Positions 44,357 to 54,351 of a stretch of DNA of 64,000 bases are shown here, in pieces. Every line of letters starts with the position of its first letter. Within the stretch, counting starts at the first letter, position 1. Position numbers and translations under genes: made by a program. Source of the DNA: Candidatus Tayloriibacteriota bacterium. GTDB taxonomy: Bacteria > Patescibacteriota > Minisyncoccia > Phycocordibacterales > SIBU01. The stretch is from assembly GCA_009695005.1 (NCBI GenBank), contig SIBU01000003.1, forward strand, positions 866 to 64,865. Direction: 5' to 3'. The notes beneath the pieces were generated by a model. That model worked only from the letters and a program-made list of their open reading frames with translations. It did not search any database and was not told the origin of the DNA.

Positions 44357-44953
44357 TTACAGGACAAGCTTTTTTGCAGATGCACGCCAAAGTAACAACA
44401 AAACAATTGTCATGTTTAAGAAGAAATAAACAGCCCAGCCCGATTCGGCCAAAGACCCGAAAGACCACTGACTTACCGCGAAAAGCTCGAGTAGCGCGGT
44501 TCCCCAACCTAGAGTCCACCCCAAACGATTTTCCTGCTCAGGATTTTTCAGCACATGACGAAAATTCGGAATGGAGGCAAAAACATCAGCAACAATACTT
44601 ATCACGAGTGCAACGAGCGGTTCGCCAGTAATCCACCACAAAATCGCACCGACCAACGCCCCGAGCACGCAAAACTTATTCATTAAATCCCAATTATTAT
44701 CGCCGTATTTGACAGATAAAATCGAGACTACCAGATAGGAAAAACAAAGCCATACAGGCAAAACAAGCACAGCCCATGTCGCTCCAGCGTACCAAGTACT
44801 TGAGGTCGTAATTAACGAAATCAAAAACCATGTCCACCACGAAGAGGCGGACGGTCTGGTTTCGCCTTTCACAATCGAAAAAACATACGGCGTGAAAGCG
44901 ATCACTGAAAGTGCCCCTGCAGCTATTCCGAAAAAATAATTGTCCAAATACAT
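44357..44953 (-). CDS. Polytopic membrane protein (198 aa, ~6 TM)
   Basis: ORF-track ORF, Trp-rich and hydrophobic. Confidence 0.6.
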   Translation of the reverse strand: MYLDNYFFGIAAGALSVIAFTPYVFSIVKGETRPSASSWWTWFLISLITTSSTWYAGATWAVLVLPVWLCFSYLVVSILSVKYGDNNWDLMNKFCVLGALVGAILWWITGEPLVALVISIVADVFASIPNFRHVLKNPEQENRLGWTLGWGTALLELFAVSQWSFGSLAESGWAVYFFLNMTIVLLLLWRASAKKLVL

Positions 44954-44968
44954 TCTAGTTTTATTATA

Positions 44969-45364
44969 TTAAATAACATTTGTCGCCGGACACCTCGTCC
45001 CTCGCTTTATAAAATTCTGCTCAATGTCTTTGAGACCGACAGCTCGAGTAAAATAATCAACGACAATTTTCGCATCCACCCCATTTTTGCAAATATACAC
45101 GTCGACCAAGAGAAATCTTTAGGGAAGGAAAAGTGTGAATGCTAATGTAACTTTCCACAATAATCATAAATCTGCTCCAGCCTCTCGGGTCTTTATTGTC
45201 ATTACATTTAGCAAAATATACTTCCAGTTATGAAAGTTTACCATACCCAAAATTCGAGATAATCCATCCAAGCATTTCAAAACTAACTCACTATCAGAAA
45301 GTTTTTTCTGCTCTCCCCCGTAACCACCTATCGTAACTTGCTCACCAAAATGTATACTGGTCAT
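44969..45364 (-). pseudogene. Possible decayed gene: a 132-codon frame with two internal stops
   Basis: ORF-track ORF 45164..45364 (its ATG lies 1 nt after the upstream stop) continues in the same frame through TGA (45164..66) and TAA (45119..21) to ...LVDVYICKNGVDAKIVVDYFTRAVGLKDIEQNFIKRG...*. Confidence 0.3.
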
Positions 45365-45365
45365 T

Positions 45366-46838
45366 TTATCTTTTTTCTATAGTACTAAATGTGCCTGAGT
45401 TCACCGTTACAATTGAGCCGGAGAAGAACGGCGTACCTTCACTCCCTGAGGTTGAACCGTCGCTTGTAATAAACACGGAATGACCTGAGGTCGCTGTTGA
45501 ACTATTTGGAAGAACAAGCACATAATATCCAAATGTCTTACCAAGAAGCGAAATGCCTTCAGACTTTTGAATATCAAACTCGACCGTTCTGTTTGAACCC
45601 GTAGCAGTAAAATCCCCTTGCACATAAACATCTATTGAATTGCCTTTCAAAATAAAAATAGGCGGGTCGAAAACTGATGTGAATTTTTTACCTTCTACAG
45701 TCACTGGATAGGAAACTCCATTAACCACCGTACTTATATTTGTAAAATCATTATTACTCGCACTACCAACCTGATTCCAAACAATAGCTGAAAACTCCAA
45801 ATCCTCTTTTGAATCGGCAGAAAAACGTACACCAGAAAATCTTACGCCTTTATCATTTATATATTTATTTGTAGAAATCCCAGGATCATACTGTGACAGG
45901 GTTGCATACGCCGTGCCAATGACCAATGAACTGTTCACTGTTTGATATGTTCCTCGAATCGGAAAGGTTCCTAAAATTTTAGCATCAGTGTTTATTGAAT
46001 TAATTTGGAAAGTCGGCATTTGACCATTGAAGTTGCTTAAATCACTATTCATATTGGCCATTACAGTGATGGTTTTTGAAGTTTTGGCGGGAATCACAAA
46101 AGAATCTCCTAGTTCAACCTTATGATCTGACCTCAAACTCCTAGAAAGGCCCAACTGATTTTCATCTTGGTCAGCAAGAACAATTGAATAGAAAGCGCCA
46201 TCGGCCCCAAAACCAGTTCGTTCAATCGCCACGCTTTTCACTACCACATCTACATCTCCCGCTGTAAGTGTCACGGAGGTAAATGGTACCCAACCAGCAT
46301 TTTGCGGAGCAAGAGTTTTGGCCGGCTGATCTGGCACAGTCACTGTTAGTGTATTTAATATCGAAACATTTTGAAAATTCTCAACAGAAGAAGGCTGTTT
46401 AATGTTTACGGGTAAAGAAAGTCCGACTGTACTAATACCGCACAAAGAATTCAATTTTGCTCGAGTTAAACTTCCAACAAAACCGCTGGCTGTGGTAATT
46501 CCTGCTGGGATTAAAACATCATTCTTATATTTTTCCTGAAATTTCTTAACTGCCAAAACAGTTCGGGATCCGTAACTTTTCACCTCATTACCAACTGATC
46601 CAGCTCCAGAAAGAGCGACCGCAGTTTCAGAATCTAAATTCAAAAATTGCTGAAGCTTGAAAACATCCTCCCCCACCATACCCACTTTCAAATTCCTACT
46701 CCAAACATACGGACAAGAATTTTTTGTCACCACCTCGGCCGACAAGGAATTGTTACTTGAAACAAACAACAAACCGACAAAAAATATCATCAACGGTAGT
46801 CCACGTGTCAGATTTTTTTTCATAAGAAATATTTTCAT
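45366..46838 (-). CDS. Secreted peptidoglycan-binding protein with Ig-like modules (~490 aa)
   Basis: Signal-like N-terminus. PG_binding_1-like segment: NLKVGMVGEDVFKLQQFL...AVKKFQEKY...VGSLTRAKLNSLCG. Modules are paralogous to 8549..10009. The ATG at 46838 is preferred over the TTG at 46844. Confidence 0.85.
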   Translation of the reverse strand: MKIFLMKKNLTRGLPLMIFFVGLLFVSSNNSLSAEVVTKNSCPYVWSRNLKVGMVGEDVFKLQQFLNLDSETAVALSGAGSVGNEVKSYGSRTVLAVKKFQEKYKNDVLIPAGITTASGFVGSLTRAKLNSLCGISTVGLSLPVNIKQPSSVENFQNVSILNTLTVTVPDQPAKTLAPQNAGWVPFTSVTLTAGDVDVVVKSVAIERTGFGADGAFYSIVLADQDENQLGLSRSLRSDHKVELGDSFVIPAKTSKTITVMANMNSDLSNFNGQMPTFQINSINTDAKILGTFPIRGTYQTVNSSLVIGTAYATLSQYDPGISTNKYINDKGVRFSGVRFSADSKEDLEFSAIVWNQVGSASNNDFTNISTVVNGVSYPVTVEGKKFTSVFDPPIFILKGNSIDVYVQGDFTATGSNRTVEFDIQKSEGISLLGKTFGYYVLVLPNSSTATSGHSVFITSDGSTSGSEGTPFFSGSIVTVNSGTFSTIEKR

Positions 46839-46844
46839 ACTCAA

Positions 46845-49800
46845 TTAAAATTCACTAAACTTTGGACGCATATCATTTACATCCACACCGATTGTCGCTG
46901 TGTGAGGTTCTCTGGAAGGAACGCTTCCGTTTCCGTAAATTACAATCGAGTAATGCCCTGGTTGAATAAATCTTGAGGACTTAATCACCATATCGAGACC
47001 TAGAGAATAATCTCTGACGGAAATTGTTCGTAAAGGCTCTTTCGTTCCATGCCTATAAAAAGCCAAAGTCACAGGCACACCACCGATGGTCGTCGAGGCT
47101 CCGGTAGACGATTTAGGATCACTAACCTCTACATTTCTATCAAACCATCTTGTTTTCGGTGCAACAGTAACCAAAATCGGACTCGAGGCCGTGCTCTGAC
47201 CAATAAAATTCATTGTGGCCGGGGAACCCGCCACAAGACGGAAGTCATCATCAGAATTTTTCACACTAAGTCCCCCACATTCTGCTGACCCACTCAGAGG
47301 AGCATCTTCGACAGTAGTTGCGGAATCCGTGACAGTCACTGAACCCTTTTTAAAATCTTTTGGCAAAGAATTTAGTACATAATCAACAACAATAAATGGC
47401 TTAGTAGTTATTTTTTCAGGCATTCCCTCCACCTTCCACGTGTAAACGAAATCAGGAGTACCGGAATTATTTGTATCAGCGGTCCATTTCACTGATTGAA
47501 TTTTCGTCACCGGATTTGTGGTGGTAGCAGAAACACCACAAGCAACTGACAGCAACCCGTTTGAAGCATACGAATTTGCGGAAGTCGTCTTGGGAGCTCC
47601 ACAATCTGCAGTGACGTTATTTGGCATCTGCAGAGTTCGAGTAGTAGAATCCGTTACCGACAGAGAAGCTCGCTTAAAATTTCTAACAGTATTATCAGGA
47701 TCATAATTTACAGTTGGGTTAGATTCATTGCTCTGACCTTTAGGTACACCATCTCCCGTCCAAGTGTAAAAAAATGGTGAAGTTCCATTGACGATTGTAG
47801 CTTCCCAACGAGCAGTTTGACCAACGGCCAAATCAAGTGCGCTAGGCACAGCCTGGCAGGCAACTGAGAGCGACAAAGGTTTTCCTAAATTTTCAAAAGA
47901 AACATGAGTGCTTGTGGAACAATTATTATTCTCATCCGACTCTTCAACAGCTCCGTGATACAGACCATAAACATTAGGAGTATTTGGCGGAAAATCTATA
48001 CAATATCTAAATTCGTAAGATAGATTTTGACTACTAGAAGTCAGTCTTGTAATTTCCGCCGGAGGATTCAGGACCTCATTTTTGGCTAAACCTCTGGACA
48101 CAGTGTCGTAATCCGGAAAATCCGTATAATAATCATCACTTTGTCCAGAACTCTTGTACTGAAACTTAACATTGAAAGGCGAATCTGTTCCCTCTCCTTG
48201 ATTCTTTGGTTTAGCAGAAAGTTTTATAGTATCGCCGAAAATAAATCGTCCTGGGTTTGAGATATCTGTTACGACAGGTGCATCCGTAGGCACAAAATCC
48301 GGTAGTGGTTTGTGATTAACTGTTACATCAACCGAACTACCGCAGGTTTGACTTGCATTATTTGACGTTGTCAATTTATATTTATATGTTCCAGCCACTT
48401 GAACAGGTACAATACTGCTTCCGGAGGAAGTAAGGAGATTAATTCCATCGGATTTACCGGCCGTTATCTTATACAAAGAAATCGCTTTTCCATTTATTAC
48501 CGTCCACTTAAGTTCGATACTCGATCCGTCGGAGACAACGACACTGTTCCCAAAAACTCCACCAACAGGCCGAACTAAAAGATCACATTCCGGTTTTTGC
48601 AGAGGTTCATTAACATTAACCACGACAGTACTCAAGATTCCTCCACAAGTGACCGTATAAGTGTATGGAGTGGCCGAATTTCTCAAAGGACCGACGTTCA
48701 AATCTGAACCAGCTCCAGTGACCTTGTTTGACCAATTCGCACTGCAACCCAAAGAACGATTATTATTCCAAACAAGATCAATTCGATCTCCGTCATTTAC
48801 GGTTAACGGACCACGTGTGTAAGGATTCACATTCGCCTTACGAACCTGAAGAGTGACGAGAAGTGGTGGTGCGGGTGGCGGAATATTGAAATGTACTTTT
48901 GAAATACACTCCCCCCCGGCGTTTATGGCGGTAAACACATAGTAATATTCACCGACGGTAAGACTAGTCAAAGAAATTTCACCAGAGCCCACACCTCCAT
49001 TTATCAAATTACCGCTCAGTTTTTTTCCATCCAAAGTTTCCTTGTGCAAAGTAACCGAGGTCGCGCCAGTTGAACTATAAACAAGCTTAATTTTTGAAGC
49101 ACTATCAGCTGTTATTTCTTTTACTCCGCCCGAGGACGTATTGGCCGCAATAACAATCGCGCCTTGTGGCACCACAAGCGAACTGTTTATGGCGGAGCAG
49201 TCACAAATCGGTACGCCAAGTTTTTGTTTAATCCTAATCGTAGTCACTTCAGAGCAATTGTTGTATTCCCCGACACCGGAGGTCTTGTCTTTATTGTCAT
49301 CTACATTTGTATATGCGCTTTGCTTCTCATCAATCAGACCCTTGTAATCATTCGGTGGCATATCAACGCAATAACGGAAGTCCCAAGCCTGCTCGCCAGT
49401 GACAGAAGCACTGGTAGCGTGAGTAACTGACGGTCTTTTATCTAAAGGAAGAACGGCCCCTTTAACTAAAAGCTTGGCGAAAGAAGCAGACACATCGGCA
49501 ACATTCGGCAAATCTTGGAACAACTCAGGAGACTGAGTACTCAATTTTGCCTGAAATTTTATTTTAAATGCATTACTCCCTACATCACCCGATCCAATAT
49601 TTTTCGGTTGTGCTATGAGAGTAAGAGTGGTGCCGGGAATATAGTAGGTAACGTTTGGTGTAACAGAAATATCGATCCAAGTTGAACCTGCGGGTCCGGT
49701 GATATCCGGTGTGCCCTTTGGTGTGAGATCGGGCTTCGAATCTAAAACTGTAAACGGCGGAGCATTCTCGCCTGCCGGTGAACAGTTATTTTTTTCATCC

Positions 49801-51890
49801 GATTCCGCAACAAGGTTGTGATGATTAGGAGTGCCTATTGTGCCGGTCGTAAGGTCACCCGAAATAATCGCGCCGGCAGTATCAGCGCAAACCTGAATTC
49901 TATAAGTACCTACGACAGCAGTCCAAGTGGCGGAAACCGACTGTGTACCACCAGAAATAAGACCGGCAACAGTGGGGCTACCGATTGCGACCACAACAGA
50001 TGTACCAGTCGAATTTAAAATTTGAAAGCGATTATAAAAGCTGGTCGGGGTGGCAGAGGCTTGATTTTTAACCGTAGCAGAAAAAGAAAGGGTTTGCCCC
50101 GTTACCAATACGCCTGTTCGTGTCGGGCCTGCTGAAATAATCAAATCGGACTTTGGGAGTTCGGCGGTTTTGATACCACAGATAAGTACCGCGCCATTAG
50201 CACCCTTACCACCATAGTCCTGATTATCAATAAGTTCCATACCTGTTGATGATCCTCCGCCTCCGCCGCCAGAAGCAAGACCATTTTGTGCAGATGGCCC
50301 GCGAACACCAGGAATGTTGGTTGCACTACAATTCGTCCCGTGTCCGTCACGTCCACATCTCCCCGCAAGACCTCCTGCTCCTCCGTTTGCAGCCGCCGCT
50401 CCACTTGAAGAATCTTGAATACTCGCCCCTTGCGCGGATTTGCCGGCAAGTTGTATCTGCCCGGCATAACCACCACCTCCACCACCTCCAGTTGATGGAA
50501 CGCTGTATGCCCCGACCCCAGGGGTACCGCCACCTTGACCGCCCCTTACACCGCCTTTACCTCTCCCTTCTGCTCCTTTAGGATTTATGGGACTACCTAC
50601 GTTAATATCACTACCTCCTCCTCCACCACCGCCCGCACCAACAAGCGTAATACCACCTTTAGAGAACTCACTGTTCCCCGCCACCGTAATTTCCACGAAA
50701 CCCAAAAAGGAGCCTTCTAGGAAAAATTTATTGAAATCCAAGGGATTTCCTGGATTCCAATCGAAGTCTAAATCGTCCTCCGCGTTAACCCAAAAATCTG
50801 TTACTCCGCCCTTTCCTACTAAAATTTTATATAATTCTCCGGTCTGTACGAGAAGTTCACTTTCTGCGTATCCACCACCACCACCACCCGCTCCAGCAGT
50901 GGAAATACGATTTTTGGCACCTCCTGGAGTACTACCGCTTCCACCCGAGCCACCCGAGCCCCAAACTTTTACTCTTATTTTTGAAACCTTAGATGGTACT
51001 GTCCATGTTTCGTTCCCAGGCTTGATATAGGTAGCAAGGATGTCTTCTTCAGGCCCGCAGGAAAGTGGGATATTTGTCGTGGGAGGAGGTACCTTAGGAC
51101 AAGCGACCGAGGAAACTGCAGATGCAACGTCAAAAACAATTGTAATACCCGAACCAGGAGCAAAAGTGAACGACCTCCCTCCGGGAGTAACTGCTCCGCC
51201 ACCTGATGTTGGAGCCTTAAACTGTACAAGAGCTTCGATGTCATACCAATATACTTTGCTCGCATTCGTCACAGTGTCCGCATAAGAAGTCTGGTTCATG
51301 TCAGTAATGTGGATAGTAGCATCCGGTACAGCGTTGTTTGGAAGTGTCGCGGGGTCTTCCGTAAATCGATAAATCGTATACTCCGGAATAAAGTCCAATT
51401 TTAAAACTCCTGCCGGATTAGGATTTACTTTAGTCCACGAAAGCGCAATTTTTCCTCCACAAGAAGTCGAGGTAATTGCCGTAACGGAGACAACATTGTT
51501 TACAGGATTAATTACATTGCTGCTACCGACCTGAGCTATATTATCCTCCTTGAAAGGAATAGAACTGAAAGGTGTAATCTGAAGTTGCCTCGCTCCGGAG
51601 CCATCAAAGATTGCATACTGATACTCTACTCCAGCAGTTAGTCCTCGGTCAGTGAGTGGAAGCGACTCTACAAATCCTTTCGCCACCTCAATCCAATTAT
51701 TGTCCTGGCCAGTCATTCGCTTCAATACATATATCACTCCCGCCTCCCCTCCTTCGTATTTCATAAACAATTCCGTCGCAGAATTGGGTTGTACTCCAAC
51801 CACAACTCTAACATCAGCAAAAGCAGATACTGCATTAATACAGAAAATCATGAGCCAGACGGAAATAATAATTTTAATTTTTCGAATCAT
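46845..51890 (-). CDS. Giant secreted mosaic protein (1681 aa) with FN3-like, glycine-rich, three CARDB-like and PKD/Ig-like modules plus a shared C-terminal module
   Basis: Signal peptide MIRKIKIIISVWLMIFCINAVSAFA. FN3-like strands: GVEYQYAIF and VYWYDIEAL. Gly-rich domain: WTVPSKVSKIRVKVWGSGGSGG...AGGGGGGY (50175..51015). CARDB-like units: (K/P)(S/P)D(L/F)...E-x-NNCS. Ends ...MRPKFSEF*. Confidence 0.95.
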   Translation of the reverse strand: MIRKIKIIISVWLMIFCINAVSAFADVRVVVGVQPNSATELFMKYEGGEAGVIYVLKRMTGQDNNWIEVAKGFVESLPLTDRGLTAGVEYQYAIFDGSGARQLQITPFSSIPFKEDNIAQVGSSNVINPVNNVVSVTAITSTSCGGKIALSWTKVNPNPAGVLKLDFIPEYTIYRFTEDPATLPNNAVPDATIHITDMNQTSYADTVTNASKVYWYDIEALVQFKAPTSGGGAVTPGGRSFTFAPGSGITIVFDVASAVSSVACPKVPPPTTNIPLSCGPEEDILATYIKPGNETWTVPSKVSKIRVKVWGSGGSGGSGSTPGGAKNRISTAGAGGGGGGYAESELLVQTGELYKILVGKGGVTDFWVNAEDDLDFDWNPGNPLDFNKFFLEGSFLGFVEITVAGNSEFSKGGITLVGAGGGGGGGSDINVGSPINPKGAEGRGKGGVRGGQGGGTPGVGAYSVPSTGGGGGGGYAGQIQLAGKSAQGASIQDSSSGAAAANGGAGGLAGRCGRDGHGTNCSATNIPGVRGPSAQNGLASGGGGGGSSTGMELIDNQDYGGKGANGAVLICGIKTAELPKSDLIISAGPTRTGVLVTGQTLSFSATVKNQASATPTSFYNRFQILNSTGTSVVVAIGSPTVAGLISGGTQSVSATWTAVVGTYRIQVCADTAGAIISGDLTTGTIGTPNHHNLVAESDEKNNCSPAGENAPPFTVLDSKPDLTPKGTPDITGPAGSTWIDISVTPNVTYYIPGTTLTLIAQPKNIGSGDVGSNAFKIKFQAKLSTQSPELFQDLPNVADVSASFAKLLVKGAVLPLDKRPSVTHATSASVTGEQAWDFRYCVDMPPNDYKGLIDEKQSAYTNVDDNKDKTSGVGEYNNCSEVTTIRIKQKLGVPICDCSAINSSLVVPQGAIVIAANTSSGGVKEITADSASKIKLVYSSTGATSVTLHKETLDGKKLSGNLINGGVGSGEISLTSLTVGEYYYVFTAINAGGECISKVHFNIPPPAPPLLVTLQVRKANVNPYTRGPLTVNDGDRIDLVWNNNRSLGCSANWSNKVTGAGSDLNVGPLRNSATPYTYTVTCGGILSTVVVNVNEPLQKPECDLLVRPVGGVFGNSVVVSDGSSIELKWTVINGKAISLYKITAGKSDGINLLTSSGSSIVPVQVAGTYKYKLTTSNNASQTCGSSVDVTVNHKPLPDFVPTDAPVVTDISNPGRFIFGDTIKLSAKPKNQGEGTDSPFNVKFQYKSSGQSDDYYTDFPDYDTVSRGLAKNEVLNPPAEITRLTSSSQNLSYEFRYCIDFPPNTPNVYGLYHGAVEESDENNNCSTSTHVSFENLGKPLSLSVACQAVPSALDLAVGQTARWEATIVNGTSPFFYTWTGDGVPKGQSNESNPTVNYDPDNTVRNFKRASLSVTDSTTRTLQMPNNVTADCGAPKTTSANSYASNGLLSVACGVSATTTNPVTKIQSVKWTADTNNSGTPDFVYTWKVEGMPEKITTKPFIVVDYVLNSLPKDFKKGSVTVTDSATTVEDAPLSGSAECGGLSVKNSDDDFRLVAGSPATMNFIGQSTASSPILVTVAPKTRWFDRNVEVSDPKSSTGASTTIGGVPVTLAFYRHGTKEPLRTISVRDYSLGLDMVIKSSRFIQPGHYSIVIYGNGSVPSREPHTATIGVDVNDMRPKFSEF

Positions 51891-51929
51891 ACAATATCAT
51901 CAAAAAGGTGACATATCTAATCTTAAATG

Positions 51930-53831
51930 CTATCTCGAAATGTCTGGTGAAGTAAGCACTGGAACTTCAGGAATAACGACCCGGAACTCACTGCTGGATA
52001 TTGTTGAACATTTAGAATTGGAAGTGCTTGGACCAACACAAGAAAGCTCTAGAAAATAATTACCGGGAACTAAACCACGTGGTACACCCAACGACTCGCT
52101 CCCATCATTTGGCGTAGTAACACCTTGTACAATCTTACTTGTAGACAAGGTTGTAAGATTCTTACCCTGTCGAAGAGACAAACGTATCGGTGCATCTGTC
52201 GGTAACAAATTACTTGTCCACCTTACAGTCATAAGTGTTCCCACTTTAAAAACGTCACCTGCCTTTGGAGCAACTATAAATGCTTGTTTGACCTCTTTCA
52301 CACGTTCAAACCCGATTATTTCCGGTGGCGCCTCTGGTTGGGATTCCGCTCGAACAATCGTGATGCTGGACTGAGTTTTATGCTCAGGAGGTAAAGTTTT
52401 TCCTAGACGTGTACTTAATCGATCAATTTCTAGAGAGAGACTTCTCGTCTGAGTTCGTGCGCAATTATCACTCAAACTTCCCAGAGAGTTAGCAATGTTG
52501 GCCCCTTCCAGCAATTCCTTCTCGTTATTAGGCGCAACGTAATCTACGCCCGCCTCGTTGGCAAGTTCTAGGGAATTAAAATGCAGGGAGTACAGGTAAA
52601 ATGATCTTCGAAGAAACGACTTTAGGCGAGTACGCTCATCATTTGATACATTAAAAGGAAATCTGTCGACAGAAAGAAGTATCTTATAAAGTTGCTGTTT
52701 ATTTCCGAACATTTCGTGACCAATTCTACGATATGCCTGCAAATATTCTTTACGCTTTTCAGGCAAAAGCTTGCCTATGTCATTCCTCACATCCGGGAGT
52801 CCCGGAGCATTGCAAGTGAAGGAAAAATCATGGTCGTAAGAGATAGTAGTCCATTCGCCCGAAGCCGTCTTAGCATAATCCTCGTTCCAAAACATAAAGT
52901 GGTCATAAAGATTCACGAAGTCTGCAAGAATTCTGTAACGAATTGCGTTTTCTTTTTCAAAAGAAATATTATTTGTTACTCCATTCTGGGTATACTTCAA
53001 ATACGAAAGTCTATCCCCATCCTTCAAAACGGAATAATACTGCTCCGATGCAAGAGCTTCAACAACAGGCAACTTTAGATTAAATTGTTCTGTAAAGGGA
53101 ATTTGGTCATCTTGCTCAGTTGTTCTCTGCAATAGCAAATAATTATATGACTTCGTATGGTCAAACGTTGTATCCGCGGACTCAAATTTAATACTAGCAA
53201 AACCAAGCACCTCGGGTGTCGGGATCCACGGTCTGAATGTGTCATATACGACGAATTCTCGAAGCAATACGCTCGGCGCTTCAGGAGGCACAAGCTTTCT
53301 CTCATTCTTCAGTACATCGCAATCCGGCACAATACGAATTTTCTGATAAAAAAGCTCGGTATTATTTCTATAAGTTGACCTGCCAGGGAAAAGTCGACTA
53401 CCCTTATCAAAAGAAAGGTTTAAAACTGGCGGAACACAAATGGCCCTACTTCGGCTTTTTTTCTCATATTTTATTTTCCAAGTCTCACCACGAGAGGACT
53501 CGAACAGTTCCGGTTTCTTGTCTTTTTTCAAATTTTCAACATCAGCATCAAGTGTATGCCCCTTCGCATTTAAAACAAACGAACGAATAGGTAACCTGGG
53601 GTCTGCCGGAATAATTCCTTTGGCAGTCAAATCGGAACGGTAACTGTCATACCCATCGACAACACCGTCGCCATCAATATCGCCTGACAGCGAATTGATA
53701 ACCGTGGCAACTTGAGTCTGAGGGACAGAAAAGTTTTGAAAAATTGAAGAACCAGCCAAACCAAATACAATAAAAAGAAATGTGGTGAGCGAAAATCTTA
53801 AAAAGTCAAACTTTTTTAAAAAAGGTACCAT
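51930..53831 (-). CDS. Secreted CotH-like (atypical kinase fold) protein with a C-terminal Ig-like domain (~633 aa)
   Basis: N-terminal TM/signal, then a Ca-binding-like GDIDGDGVVDGYDSY. LLREFVVYDTF, NLYDHFMFWNEDY and WTTISYDHDFSF resemble CotH motifs (lRe-la, N-Y-Y, W-fipWDlDlsF). The ATG at 53831 is preferred. Confidence 0.5.
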   Translation of the reverse strand: MVPFLKKFDFLRFSLTTFLFIVFGLAGSSIFQNFSVPQTQVATVINSLSGDIDGDGVVDGYDSYRSDLTAKGIIPADPRLPIRSFVLNAKGHTLDADVENLKKDKKPELFESSRGETWKIKYEKKSRSRAICVPPVLNLSFDKGSRLFPGRSTYRNNTELFYQKIRIVPDCDVLKNERKLVPPEAPSVLLREFVVYDTFRPWIPTPEVLGFASIKFESADTTFDHTKSYNYLLLQRTTEQDDQIPFTEQFNLKLPVVEALASEQYYSVLKDGDRLSYLKYTQNGVTNNISFEKENAIRYRILADFVNLYDHFMFWNEDYAKTASGEWTTISYDHDFSFTCNAPGLPDVRNDIGKLLPEKRKEYLQAYRRIGHEMFGNKQQLYKILLSVDRFPFNVSNDERTRLKSFLRRSFYLYSLHFNSLELANEAGVDYVAPNNEKELLEGANIANSLGSLSDNCARTQTRSLSLEIDRLSTRLGKTLPPEHKTQSSITIVRAESQPEAPPEIIGFERVKEVKQAFIVAPKAGDVFKVGTLMTVRWTSNLLPTDAPIRLSLRQGKNLTTLSTSKIVQGVTTPNDGSESLGVPRGLVPGNYFLELSCVGPSTSNSKCSTISSSEFRVVIPEVPVLTSPDISR

Positions 53832-54187
53832 AAACACTGGGGCGAAACATTATTTCATTCAATATTATACAGGAAATATCACATCAATAAAACACTAAGT
53901 TATCAGTTTTAATAGCGCAACAAATTAAATACAGATGACCCGTTTTGAAACACTAAGGTCAAGCCTTGATGTTAATCCCAAATCACACCAACCTCCCTAC
54001 CCTCCTCCCTCCCGCACAGACAGAGACCGTGCGGAGGGGGTCCAACTTAAATCTTTAATCTCAAATCTTTCCTATTGTGGACAACAAGTTGATAATTAAA
54101 TATCAACCCTTGACTCATCATTAAAAAACCCATAAAAGTAGCCCAGAATCAGAAAATTTGACATAAAGTAGTAATAGCGTTGTGGTA

Positions 54188-54215
54188 TTGACTTCTGTGA
54201 GGTTTTTGCTATACT
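54188..54215 (+). promoter_or_regulatory. Sigma70-type promoter for 54352..55413
   Basis: TTGACT, a 16-nt spacer, then TATACT. Confidence 0.55.
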
Positions 54216-54351
54216 ACTAGCAGAAGATATTTGAAATTGAAGTTACCAGAGTAGGTGACCGTTTTCTCGTCTTCAACACTTTACGAAGTTTGCGTTCAAC
54301 CTTGGAAGGTTGCGACAATGGCTTCACAACAAAGTAAATGAAAGGACGTTC

